DNA of 63,659 nucleotides, filler included, from NCBI GenBank assembly GCA_964501035.1. It is 3 parts of 3 records of this genome, joined end to end, with 100 filler letters (N's around TTAATTAATTAA, not from the genome) between each part and the next. Parts side by side here need not be neighbours in the genome. Positions count along the whole stretch, not along the records: positions 45,082 to 63,659 come from CAZCRK010000028.1; 2 more parts are not named here. One strand, written 5' to 3'. Below are positions 49,678 to 63,056 of this stretch, piece by piece. The notes beneath the pieces were generated by a model. It was not told where the DNA came from, made no database searches, and worked only from the letters and a program-made list of their open reading frames with translations. The position numbers were made by a program, and so were the translations under genes. Each line of letters opens with the position of its first letter. The stretch's first letter is position 1.

Positions 49678-50338
49678 TTAAGAATTTTGGAGTNNNNNNN
49701 NNNNNNNNNNNNNNNNNNNNNNNNNNNNNNNNNNNNNNNNNNNNNNNNNNNNNNNNNNNNNNNNNNNNNNNNNNNNNNNNNNNNNNNNNNNNNGCCTCTT
49801 TATAAATTTTATTTATATTCGTTTGGCAATTTTCAAATAAAGCTAAGCGAAACTCGGAAACAGCCAAAATCAATCGTACATCCAGGTAATTGATCTTCTC
49901 ATTATGGCTAAAGTACCAATCCGGATCCAGGATAGGATTCTGGTTCCCAAAAAAGAGATTGCAGTATTCTCGAGCATTTTCATCGTCGCCCTTGGCATTA
50001 TAGCCAAAACTTAATCCGGCATAAAAGTCCAACACATCCTCAAAGTTCGAATCCATGGAGAGGTATTTGTCAAAGTAATAAACGGAGGAATCCGCTTGGC
50101 GCAAATGCCCCATGGTCCACCCCATCCCATTGTAGGAATCATAATAGGATGAATCCTTTCGAATTGCATCTCCAAACCATTGCCGGGCATCCTCAAAGTT
50201 TGCGGCTTCATACATGACCCAGCCGTAACTCGATAAATCTTCTTCCGTAGCTATGATACCTCCTCGGCAGTTTGGGAAAAAGATGAAACAAAATACCATC
50301 CCAATAATGGCGAATGTGGTTTTTAATTTGTTCATCAT
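49678..50338 (-). CDS. TPR-containing exported protein or lipoprotein, interrupted by a 100-N gap
   Basis: Hydrophobic N-terminus with FPNC; GWVMYE...DSYNGMGW TPR pattern. Probable stop TAA at 49680-49678, abutting the tadA ATG. Confidence 0.7.
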
Positions 50339-53300
50339 TTGAGTAACATCATTTTCTTGTTTTTAACAATACCGGTTTTCGTTGTCAGTTGAACGAAATA
50401 AACACCGGAACCCATGGTTTGGCCAAATTTATCCTGTCCATTCCACCGAATCCTAAACTGGCCAATTTGATCCTTATTTTCAACCAGTGTTTTCACATGT
50501 TGCCCCAACAGATTGTAGATCTTGATTGTCACTTTTTGGCTGAGTCCATCTAAGAGACCAATATCATACATGATGGTGGTGACCGGATTAAACGGATTGG
50601 GATAATTTTGGTGAATATTTGTTACTTCCGGAACAATGATTGTTTTGGGCCCTAGTTTGAAATAACCGGTTTTTTCAGACAGAGTAAAAACCTCGCCATC
50701 TATATACAAGGATGGAAGTTCTTCCCAAATAACGCCATTTTTGCGCCTGTATATGGCCAAGTCATCCCGTATGCTACCAAACCGAACTTCGATGGGTTTA
50801 TCAAACCGGTAGTTCTCATCCCCTAAGACATAAGAGGCTTGATCGTTAAAATCACTGGCAAACAGGGATGAATCCACTATGAGGAAGGATTGATCGTAAA
50901 GGACACTTCCCGGATCCCCTACAACAGAGAATCGCCCATCTTGACTGCGTCCTGACCAACGACCTGCACTGCGTGCTACAGCGAGAGCAAATGCCTCACT
51001 GGTATCTGTATGGCCAACTTCTGCAGGCGCATAAATATCAACCGAGTATGTACCAGAAACTCCAAAATTAAAATCAGTTGACCAAGTATGGGGTGCGATG
51101 GTATCAATAACCATATCTTCGTTTTGTATTTCAACATTAATACTTGTTGCTTTAGATTCTGTGTCAGTCAAAATGACCTGTATGTAATTCCCAAATGCAT
51201 TATTTTGGACGACAGAAATATCTAAAAGAGGTCGAGGCACACGTAATACATCTAAAGTAAAGGTTGCTGTATCCGACGCTTCTTCATCCGATGCAATCAC
51301 GCGAATTGTTGCTTCATCTGACCATAATTTTTCAGGCGTAAATAGGACTGAATCTCCTACATTTTCCGATACAAATGTAGCCGGTGAGATGGTTATCTTA
51401 TCATCATTTGTGATGGCAGATATGGTAAATGTGAGTGTTGTGTCATCCACATCATGGGTGAATGATCCGAATTCTAATTGAATAGAATCATTTTCTGTCA
51501 CTTCAACAAAGGGAAGTTCACCGATCACCGGTGGATCATTTTTTGGTAACACGGTGACCATGACCAAGTCGCTGGAATCAGCCCCATCAGGATCATGAAC
51601 ATAAAATTTAACTCGGTGGTCAGCGCCATAATAATTAGTACCACTGTCAAAATATGCCCAGTTCTCGCCAGTAGAGCTTGTATCAATCCGCACAGATAAG
51701 AGTGGATCATAGAGCCTGCTATTGACCTTATTTACATTTCGTTTCGAAATCATTGGCGATTTATTTCCTTTGGGAATGAGGTTAAAGCCCAAATATTTCC
51801 GAGTCAGCATGGCATGAACATGCCAAGGTGTCCCCGGTCCTACAATCACCTGGCCTAATGGATAATCCTCATCCAATTGTGATGTATCCATAATGACAGC
51901 CTGCCAAGACATGTCTGTTGTGTCATTATTATCAACATCATCCACATAACTGGTCAAATTAATCTTTACGGTAGCTGTGTCATCTTCGATCCATTCTAAA
52001 TCATTATCAGGTGCTAAGAACTTGAGAACAGGTTTATCATTCACTGCAACCACCTCTAAGGAAAATGTCATTGAATCGGTCAAGGCATATTCATCAACCG
52101 CAATGACTGTCATATCATAGTGACCTGTGTCGTCCTGAGTGGGAACCCAAGACATTGTTCCCAATGGATCAATGGTTGCAACATTCGATGTAGCTGGTTC
52201 CCCAATGATTCTTGTAGTCACAATTTCAAAACTGAAAGAATCTCCCTGCATGGTGGTAGAGTCCAAGTCGGTAAGGCTAACCCTAATAAAATCAAACCAA
52301 GCTGAGTCATCTTCAAAAAGCGTCTGAGCCTCTAAATCAGCAATAACCGGATTTGAGTTATATCTCAATAACGTGTCGGCATGTAATGTATCGGAAATAT
52401 TCCCTGCGTTATCAAAAGCCCGAACATGCGCTACATAGGTTTCATTGTGCTCCAGAAAAAGTGTTAATTCGTGCGGTACGTTTGGAAATGGCACTGTATT
52501 CCAATTATAATAATTGTTGATAGAATCTGCCGGGGTAACAATTTTCTCAACTGCTAATTCGTAACGCTCTGTACCGGACGCAAATTCCGCATCGCCAAAA
52601 TCGATGAATTCTGACCACTGGAGCGACACCAAATCACTTGAAATAAGCATATCCAAGGTTACAAAATTTCCACCGGTAGCTGCCCCAATGATCGGTGCTG
52701 TTGGGTCATATTGAAATTTGAACGTGCTTTCAGTACCGTAAGTGAAATTTCCATTTCTATCGGTGACTTTACTACGGAACTTGATCGAATCACCTAAAAC
52801 CAAATCTGTTCCATCCGGTAATTGTTCTAATATACTGGCCATCGTCCGGTAGAATTTGACCGAATCACCCATCGTAACAATGCTGTCTCCCACTGTAGAA
52901 CCGACTCTTGAAAGTGTTTTCCACGTGGTCCCTCGAGTAATATTGAATACTTGGATATCAACACGGCCTCCCTCATAAATGGTTGAATCAACTTGAGGAG
53001 AAACGAGAGGTAGTTTCACTTCAATACTATCTGTGATACCATTGAGCCATCCATTGACAGGATTACTTCCAAAAAGCGAAATGGTCCCAGTTGCAAAATC
53101 TGCAGGATGGATATTATCCACCTGAAATAGATCCGCATTCACAAATTGTTCAACATCATTACCGGGTCTGTCTTTTGCCACAAAAGCAACATGGAATGCG
53201 CCATCATTCGAATCAGCGTCAGCCAATACGATGTTAAAATACCAAGTTGTATCCCCTTTGCTTGAATCGGAAACCACATTGTTCACAGATACACCTTCGG

Positions 53301-56300
53301 TCGTGCCATAGTTATATGTATAAGAGATGGTTGGCACAGGTGTTGTAGTGGAAATCAATTCATTCATATTAGCAGTTACCAATATATTTTGCCCACCAAT
53401 ACCGATATTACTTAAGGTTGTGTCTAATTTATTGGTGTAGGTAAAAGTAGCCTGAGGAACAATATTTTCAATATAAAGTGTATTTGTGTAAGTGATTGAA
53501 TCTGAACCGCCTAATGCATTGGTGGCATAATCCAAAGCTGTCCCGGCGGTAAACCAAGCGTTGACCATACCATTGTTATTAATACCTTCCGGTGCAGTGA
53601 ATTCATAGGTCCAAATTGAATCACTGGTGGGTGAAACTTCCATGGCACCGGATATTGAATCTTCGCCAAAGAATAAATTAATCGTGGGTGTGGGACTCAT
53701 TTTTTCAGAGAAAACAACCGTTGCAGTATCTATCATACCACCACTGATAAATTGCCTTCCAAATGTTATGGATGCTTTGGGTTTTGAAATATCATAGGTG
53801 ATGTTATTTACCGTGTTGGAGCCAATATTTCCTGCACTGTCCATTGTTGTGAATATAAGTTTATAAACCGTGCTGTCCACGATGGATGCATCAATGGTCG
53901 CTTGATTTATCAAAGCATCTTGCGCATGGGTGCCTGTATCCAAATCTGTTTCTGTAAGATCAACAGAAAAATCAGAACCGGGTCCGGACAAAACACTGAA
54001 TGATACATTGGCAGAATCTATCGTTCCATTCACATCTGTTAGCGTATAACCAATTGACATTGAATTCACAAACGATGATTCNNNNNNNNNNNNNNNNNNN
54101 NNNNNNNNNNNNNNNNNNNNNNNNNNNNNNNNNNNNNNNNNNNNNNNNNNNNNNNNNNNNNNNNNNNNNNNNNNNNNNNNNCATTCACATCTGTTAGCGT
54201 ATAACCAATTGACATTGAATTCACAAACGATGATTCGGTGGGGATAACATTAGAAATACTTGGTGCTACATTATCTACTAGGAATACATCATTGTTAATG
54301 TAGGCGTTCATTGCATTATTTCCTACATCTGTTCCGTTAACCGATAAACTTAAATAGCCATCATCCAAAGGGTTCGATGATAAACTATTTATCTGATAGG
54401 TCCATACTGTATCATTGCCAGTATATTCGTCAGGCTCTAAATCTTGATTACCACTGTTTAAATAGTGTAAAGTAAGTGTTGGTGCAGGGTTGATAGCAGA
54501 TGGCTCATCCCAATTGACCGTAACTGTAACTTGATCACCTCCATTGCCCCATAGGCGATCTATATCTCCACCAAATGCATTGGTGGCATAGCTAAGGGTA
54601 CCAATAGGACCAGTATTATCAATGATTAGATTATTAGAATAAAAAATGCTATCTAATTGGTTTTCAGCTAAATCAAAAATACTTGTAGTATCAAACTCGA
54701 TGATAACATTTCCAGTCACATTTAAATTGGATGGAATATCAATTAATAAATACCATATTGACGAATCATCCGTTGAGTCATTTAGAACCACATACTCAGT
54801 ATCATCGAAGACAGTACCTATTCCATTAGCATATTTCACTTTTACTTGTGGTGCAGACTCAGAACTCAAAGGCTCTGAGAATGTTGTTGTCAATAATACA
54901 GTAGAATCACCTTTTACTAGTGTATCACTGAATAAAAGGCTTACCCAAGGTTTAGAAATGTCATATGTAACATTATTCACCGTTTCTGAACCAATATTTC
55001 CTGCACTGTCCATTGTTGTGAATATAAGTTTATAAACCGTGCTGTCCACGATGGATGCATCAATGGTCGCTTGATTTATCAAAGCATCTTGCGCATGGGT
55101 GCCTGTATCCAAATCTGTTTCTGTAAGATCAACAGAAAAATCAGAACCGGGTCCGGACAAAACACTGAATGATACATTGGCAGAATCTATCGTTCCATTC
55201 ACATCTGTTAGCGTATAACCAATTGACATTGAATTCACAAACGATGATTCAGTGGGGATAACATTAGACACGACAGGCGCTGTGTTATCAATCAAAAATG
55301 TATTGGAGTTCACATAGGTGAAATCACTGTTATTTGCGGAATCTGAACCGGATGTTGTGAATGTAATTAACCCGTCAGCGGCAGAACCCGTTGGCAATGT
55401 AAAATTATAAGTCCAGTTATTCCCATTAATGCCAGTGTAATCTTGAACATCATTTGAACCGTCTGAAAAAGTTGCTGTCAATTGGGGCAATACAGTGAGA
55501 TCAACATTTTCATTCCAAGCCGCAACAACTGTGACTACATCCTCACCTTTTCCCAACATAGGCGGATCATCGGAACTGGTAGTATTAGCATAACTCATGG
55601 TAATCGTCGGCGAGGTATTATCAATGGTTAATCCTTGCTGATTCGAAATTTTAGAAGAATCTAAGGCATTTCCAGAAGCATCTGTGGCATAAAAGTAAAC
55701 TGTAACAAGTCCTTCGTCCCCCACATTATCAGGCATTTCTGCCGTGTAGGTCCAAATTAAACTGTCTGCAGACCCTAAGTCCATTTCTTGAGCTACCACA
55801 TCACTGAGACCACTTTGATATTTCATGTAGATTCTCGGATCACCTGACTCAAATTCCTGTCCGTTACTGTATCCATAGGCCGGTTCCGGAAAATTTGCAG
55901 TAATAACAACAGATGCTTCATTATTTGCATAAGGTGTTGAATAGGATACAGAAGCGCCGGAATGGGCAACAGTGTCAACGACGAGTGTACGAGAACTGAT
56001 TTCCTGAATAGTTTCATTTCCGGCAACATCGGTTAAAATTGAACGGAAATAAATCTTTTTTGCAGTTGAATCCACGCCGGGGAGACCAAAAACATCATTG
56101 GCTTGGACGAATGTGGTATGAAAGCCTGCTTCTACATCTCCTGCCTGCACTCGGGCCCCAACAGGAAAAGTTGTAAAAGATCCCTCGCCTTCCATTTTCC
56201 CTTGGAATCGAACTCTGGCTCCTTCACTTAAACCATCATATATCATCGTTAAATCGGTTGAATCCAATGAAGTTTCGCCTACCAATATTGAATTATTTTT

Positions 56301-59300
56301 ATTGAAATAACCAGGTACTTCAATACTACTCCGGGCATAAACTGTATCCAGGCCTTCATCTGAAGGCGGTGTTTGGTCTATCACTAACCATGCGTCAGAC
56401 GGTCCACCATCTGTAGGATTTCCTGCCTTATCTGTCACAGTACCGGAGAAATATATTATTTGATCATCGGCGAATCCCGTAGCGGATTCAATATCCGCTG
56501 CATCGATGGCCATAGTGACTGAATCATCTAAATCCGTGGATAAAATGGTGTAGGCTAAGCCGATATTTGTGGAGTCAGATCCAACGATACCCATGATTTG
56601 AACGGAACCACCGGTCAATGTTGTATCACTGGTCAACCCTACAGGAATGGTCACGCCGGAATTAACGGAATTATAATAACCTGGATAAACCGAATCCACA
56701 ACCGTCGTAACAGATGTCAAGGCAAAATCTGCCGGTGCATTCCCGTCAATATAGATATCTTTTGAATCTGAAATATTGCTGCCAGTGGAAATGGTGAATG
56801 TATTCATATCATTCCCAGCCAAGTCACGAACAGTTCCTTGCGAAATCACCAAACTATCGATAGCAAGATCAGGGCTGGCATCTCCTGACTCAACAATATA
56901 TTCAGTAAAATCAAGCGTCAGAAAATTTCCTGTTTCTATTAACCCGGTAATACTGTTCCCTGAATTCAAATAAACCGTCCAAGCAGTTCCAACATCGGAA
57001 CGAGCAACAGAATCATCAAAAGTGGCTGAAAAAGTAACGGTATCGCCAATCTTGTAATACCCGTTTGCCATTGTAGAGGTTGCGGAGGCAAATGTAGGAC
57101 GTGTGGTATCAATCAACACTGTTGTACTACTGGTGTTAAATGTTTTTTCATTTCCGGCAGCATCTGTCACCAGCGCTGTATGGTAAATGGATAAACCATC
57201 TCCAAAGTTTGCCAATGCTAAATAATTTGCAGCCGGTACAGACAGTGTTGTATTTGTATTTATATAGGCACCTCCGATGGTTACAGGTGTTCCCACATTT
57301 GCAAATGCATTTCCTGCAGTAACCTTGGCTTGAACTTGAATTGTACCACCAACAAGTGTAGCATCATCCGCCAATGGAATTGTGACATTCATGGCTGTAT
57401 TTGTACTATTCCAATAGGTGGATACTTCCGTGCCGCCTGAAGCTGCAACAGCTCCTACATCCTGGTTGATTGTGGATGAAGTATCCACGGTGATCGTATC
57501 TGCGCTGGGCGTCCCATCCGTAAAGTTTGCATATTGATCTGTAATTCGTGCTGAAATCACAATCTGGTTTCCCACATCATATGCCGCGTGGGATTCGAAA
57601 GTGGTCTCATCCACACTGATGCGGACAGAGTCACCATTCATAGCATCCCAATCAATAGTTAACGCATCACCCAATGTTGAATAGCTTCCACCACTTACCT
57701 TTGCTAAGAGTTGGACTGAACCATTATCCAACTCCGGATTTGATTCCTCCTTATCAATAGGAATTTTTAACCAAAGACTGTCATTGTAAGAATTCCAATA
57801 CTGTTTAATTGATTTGCTTGGATTCTCCGTAGCGACAGTGGTAATGCCGCCCACACCAAAATCTGCCGGTGGATTATCATTGTCTGAAATGTAGAGAAAT
57901 GTTGTTGTGTAGTCCCAAAAGTCTGTATTGGTACCCACATCAGTGATATCAAATTGAAGTGCCTCTGTATCTTCCGCAAAGTTATCGTCAGTGATTGTAA
58001 CAGTAATTGAATCCCGAATAGAACCTGCTGGAATGGTAATGGTACTTAAAACAATCCCATAATCAGAACCATCGGTGGTGGAAACGTCGGTATAGGTATA
58101 GGTGATTTCTGTATCAAAGCCGGATGCTTTATCCATTTCTATGGGTATTTTGACTGTCCCGGCACTTTCCAAAACTGTGAACCCTACCCCTTCGAAACCA
58201 CATTTGGATTTGACGTCATTATCTTCTAAAGTAACAGTGAGTGACCCATTCTCAACACTTGCATTTGAGTCTGCAGCCAGTACAACCGTAAATGTTTCAT
58301 CTCCTTCATAAGTCCAATCATGAATACCTTCAACAGTTATAGTATCTTCAAGTTCATTTATCGGAATGGTAATACCAGATGTAGCAGTTATTGTATAATC
58401 ATCACCTTCTGTGGCTGTAACATCTGTATTCTCAATAGTAAAGGTTGAGACTTTTTCTGACTCAGCATCAAGAGTAATATAAATACTTTGGTCCATATCT
58501 TCTTCGACATCACCGCTTCCTGAAATACTAGCAGTGGGCATATCATCATCATCGGTGATGGTATAGACATAAGTGGTGGCATTGATATCGTGTAAGCNNN
58601 NNNNNNNNNNNNNNNNNNNNNNNNNNNNNNNNNNNNNNNNNNNNNNNNNNNNNNNNNNNNNNNNNNNNNNNNNNNNNNNNNNNNNNNNNNNNNNNNNTCT
58701 GGCCCATCATCATCATCTAATATTTTCATTGTGTGGGTATTAAGCGTACTTGATAACGAAACATTATTTTCAGTTCCAGAAGATAAATCAACGGTGATTG
58801 TCTGGTTCTCTTCATCTACAACATCATTCAGAATCGTGATTGTAAATGTTGTGTCAGTGGTCCCTGCTTGCATGGTGACTGTACCGGTTGCTGCCAAACC
58901 TGAATAATCCTGACCCAATGTGGCTGCTGTTGAAGCCGTGGCATCCACAGCATAATTAATACTTACATCTTTTTCACTTGCAGCATCTAAGGAAAAAATG
59001 AGACTTGCAGAAGAAGTTGATTCATTAAAATTGGTATTACTGTTGGTGGTATCAATACTGATCACAGGTGGATCATCTTCATCATTAATGGTCACCACTT
59101 GAGTTTGTTGTGTCCCTAAGGATACATCCGTCACCGGCGTGGATAGAATGATGGTGAAAGTTTCATTATCTTCATCGGTATCGTCTGCAACAATTACTAA
59201 ATCAAACGGTTTTATGGTTTCTCCCGCAGGAATGGTTATTTCTTGGGATGAAAGTTGATAGTCCGTATCAGCTGTCGCTGTGCCACTGTTCCCGTCATCT

Positions 59301-62300
59301 ATATAAACTTTCGCATCCACTTCGGAAATGGCAGATAATTCAAGGATAAATGTGCCTACCGTATTATTTCCGTTAGAACCTTCCGTCACGGATGCAGTTG
59401 CTGATTGAAACTCAACCGTGGGTGCATTATCATTAGTGGAGGAAATCACAAATGTGTGCTCTACAAAACTTGCAGTACCATGCAATGTACCTGTGGGATC
59501 ACCATCGGTCCCATTTGCTGGTGTTTCTAAAACAATGACCAGGTTTTCAGTATCTTCATAATAAAGATCATCTGTGATATCAAAAGTAATATTCCCTGTC
59601 GTACTATTGGCAGATATAGTGACGGTGCCATCGGAAAGGTCATGGTCTGCTGTGGATCCGGAATTTGTTGTTGTGGAATTCTCTGTATCTACAGTATATG
59701 GAATGACAACATCTTTTCCACTGGCAATATTGATCTCAACTTGTACACTTTGAGTGGCATCACCTTCTTCTCCCGCCGCATCCGCTGAAGCAGAAAATCG
59801 TACTGTGGGCGGTGAATCATTATCTGTAATTGTAATGGTTAATTGACCAATATTGCCTATAGTACAATTGGTATTGGCTGTAAGATCAATGATCACCTCT
59901 TCAGCATATTCATCATTGCCATCATCAGTGACTGCAAAATCAAGGGTTCCGGTTGTGTCTCCGGCTGAAATTGTGAGTGCTCCATCATCAAAGGTATAAT
60001 CTGCCCCACCACCGGTTGCAGAACTACTTGCGCTAACAGCATACCCTACAATAACATCCTGGTAAGATTTGTAATTCAAGGCAATCCCAATGGAAACAGA
60101 ACCCGTGTCTTCCAAGACTGTAACAGTACCATCTGCAGCGGAGAAGGAAACAGAAGGTATGGGGTCCGAATCCAGTATATTTAGTGTGTATGCAGCATTC
60201 TCAGATGTAAGACTGGCATTTGCTTCACCTGAGATTTGAAGATTAACGTCTTCTGTAGCCTCATCAGCATCTCCACTGACTAATGTAACATCAAATGAAA
60301 GGGAAGTCTCTTCTGCCTCAATGGTGTAGGACCCTGCTGTAAAAGTATAATCGTCTGTAGGAGTTGCAGACCCGGTATTAGCATCTGAGAGGTCAAAGGT
60401 TACTGTTTTTTCTGAATAAGGCGTCAATGAAATGTCAACTGTATTTGTCCCTTGACTTTCATATGCATTATCTGATGATCTTAAAAATTTTAATGTGGGT
60501 GGATCATCATCATCTTCAATTGTATAAGTCGTTGATGTATATGAACCGGCTGTTACATTTGTAAGTCCCGATACTTCATCAATAGCAATATCGATTGTTT
60601 GATCCAACTCATCATTGGAATCATTGTTCACAGTAAATTCGATTGTTTTGGAAGTCTCTCCCGGATCAAATGTCAATGTCCCATCCACAAAGGTATAATC
60701 ATTTGCACCACCAGATGCTGCAGTTCCTGTACCGGCATCTTCATAATCAACAGTTATTGTTTTGCCTGACGCTCCTGTTAAATTTACAGTTAACTCTACT
60801 TCTTCCGTAGACTCGGAATCTGAATCTGCATTGGAAACAAATGTAACTGATGGTGGTTGGTCATCGTTTATTATCGTGTAGGTTAATACATAATTATTAT
60901 CCAAAGATGAGTTATTTGGGCTTGATAATGTAATGAAGACCGTTTCATCATCTTCATCATAAGAATCATCTGTGGTTGCTAAAGTGAAATTTGTTGTTGT
61001 TTGTCCCGCGTCAATGGTTGCTGTTTGATTCGTTAGAGTTGTATAATCAGTTCCACCAGTTGCAGTGCCGTCCGAGGTGGAATAACTCACCGTGGCATCC
61101 ATACTGGAAATAGCATCAAGTTCAATGGTAATGGTTGCAGTTAATCCCTCATTTTTACTTTCAGTGGCATTGGTGAATTGAATTTTTGGCGCATCATCAT
61201 CATTCTGAATTGTCACAGTATGCGTCATGGTTCCATTGGAAGCATTACTGATCCCGCCACCATCCGGATCTAATTCTATAATAATTGTTTCACCAACTTC
61301 GTGCATATCATCTCCAACGATCGTGATCGATAAATCGGTAGAAGGATCACCGGCAGAGATTGTTACGTCTCCTGATGCAAATGTATAATCTGTTCCCGAC
61401 CCTGCGGCAGTCCCATCAGCTGAGACAGCATAATTAAAGGTGATGTCCCTGCCGGATGTAACCGAAATACCATCTTCATCGGTTAAAGCAACGGTGACAT
61501 CGTGGATGCTAGTGATATTATCATTGCCCTCAGTGACAAAAGATGTACTTGAAGAAAAACCACAAAAGGGTTGGTCATCATCATCCTCGATGGTATAGGT
61601 CTGCTGGGAAGTCCCCAGAATTCCATTGGAACCGTCCGGTAGCGAAATGGAAAATATAACCGTCTCATCTGTTTCATCAATATTATCAGGCTCGATAGAC
61701 AATTGAAAGTCTTCACTGGAGCTTCCGGCATCGATCGTCAATGTTTGTGTATTGAACGTAGTATAATCTGTACCTGCTGTTGCTGTACCAGAACCATCAT
61801 CGGAATAATTTACCGTCACATCCCGGCCCGAAACCGCATCCAAAGAAACAGTGATATCAGGAGCAGTTACACTTTCTGCACCGGAGCCCGTGGATGATAT
61901 TGAAACTGTCGGTTCAATATCATTATCTGAGATACTGATTATTAATGTATCATAGTCTGCATCAATACCCAAATTACTTGTGCCCGCAATGTAGAGAAGT
62001 AATGTTTCCTGATCCTCTTCATCCAATTCATCATTTTCTATCTGAAATGTAAAACTCTCACTTTGGTCCTCTGATGAATAAGAAAGTGTTGTTGCTGATG
62101 AAAGATTAGAATAGTCTTCTGAAGTTGTTGCAGTGGAATTTGCGCCGATGGCGATTGTAGCACTGGTTGATTTTCCTGATCCTGCATCCAAATCACAGGT
62201 TACGGTAATATCAAAATTGTCTCCCTCCGCGGTACCGCCGTCACCTTCACCTACTGACGTGGTTGTTGCAGTAAATAGAACATTGGGCGGATCATCATTA

Positions 62301-63034
62301 TCATTAACTGTATGATTGTGGGTTGTTGGGGAACCCAAAGAACAATTTGAATTGTTGCTGATAGAAATGGTGAATGTTTCATCGTTCTCATCCATAGAAT
62401 CATCATCCGATCGATATTCAATTAATTGAGCAGTATTTCCTTGAGTAAAGGTCAAGGTACCAGACAAATCAGACATATGATCTGATGCTTCCGTAGTACC
62501 ATCAGTAATAGCCCAGTCAATTGTTGCAGTCAAGCCGACATCAGTCCCAGCATCATCCACTTCTACCCTAATGTAGTTCGTACTCCCCTCTTCTCCATTA
62601 GATGTGGAATTTTCAAATTTCAATGTTGGCGGATCATCGTCATTTTCAATGGTGAATGTGACAGTATTAGGAGAACCAATTGTTATACCCGCAGCACTAG
62701 TTAATGTAATTATGACAGTTTCATCTGCTTCATACCGATTATCATTTATCACATTAAGGTCAATATCATAAGATGTTTCACCGGATAGACCAATTGTATT
62801 GGAATTCAAGTTAAAATCGTGATACCCGCTGCCATAGTTCGTAGCAGTTCCTACACCGACCGTGTATGTAACATTACCATAAGCTGCAGCATCAAAATTG
62901 ATGGTTACTGAGCCACCGGCATCTTCACTTGCCGAATCGGTACTGGCGGAAAAACTGGCTGTAACGCCAAAAAGGGCGTTTCCTGACAGAAAAATCAGGA
63001 GAGATAAAAAATATTTAATTGAAAAGATCCGCAT
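50335..63034 (-). CDS. Giant (about 4,200 aa) acidic surface protein: about 13 Calx-beta domains, Ig-like and cadherin-like repeats, C-terminal FlgD-Ig/T9SS-like sorting domain; split by two scaffold gaps
   Basis: ORFs 58388..63034, 54066..58541 and 50335..54069 break only at the N gaps. Signal peptide MRIFSIKYFLSLLIFLSG; TAT.G.DY...I.DDD Calx-beta motifs; QNYPNPFNPVTTI...IYNLLGQ.V...WNG.D...SGVYF...KMMLLK tail. Confidence 0.85.
53822..55250. repeat. Identical 260-bp intragenic duplication (53822-54081 and 54991-55250)
   Basis: Both copies encode ESSFVNSMSIGYTLTDVNG...TTMDSAGNIG. Bases 54027-54081 also recur at 54182-54236 across the gap. Confidence 0.9.
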
Positions 63035-63056
63035 CTTATTTAGGGCGTGGAATGAA

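Noticed and set aside
54066..58697. Three separate large genes or programmed frameshifts in the giant protein region
   Set aside because: Frame changes coincide with arbitrary 100-N gaps, and the domain pattern continues across them.
5658..62315. Numerous 60-170 aa antisense or alternate-frame ORFs (for example 23633..24148, 15258..15629, 54646..55035)
   Set aside because: Shadows of well-supported genes, with no recognisable motifs.
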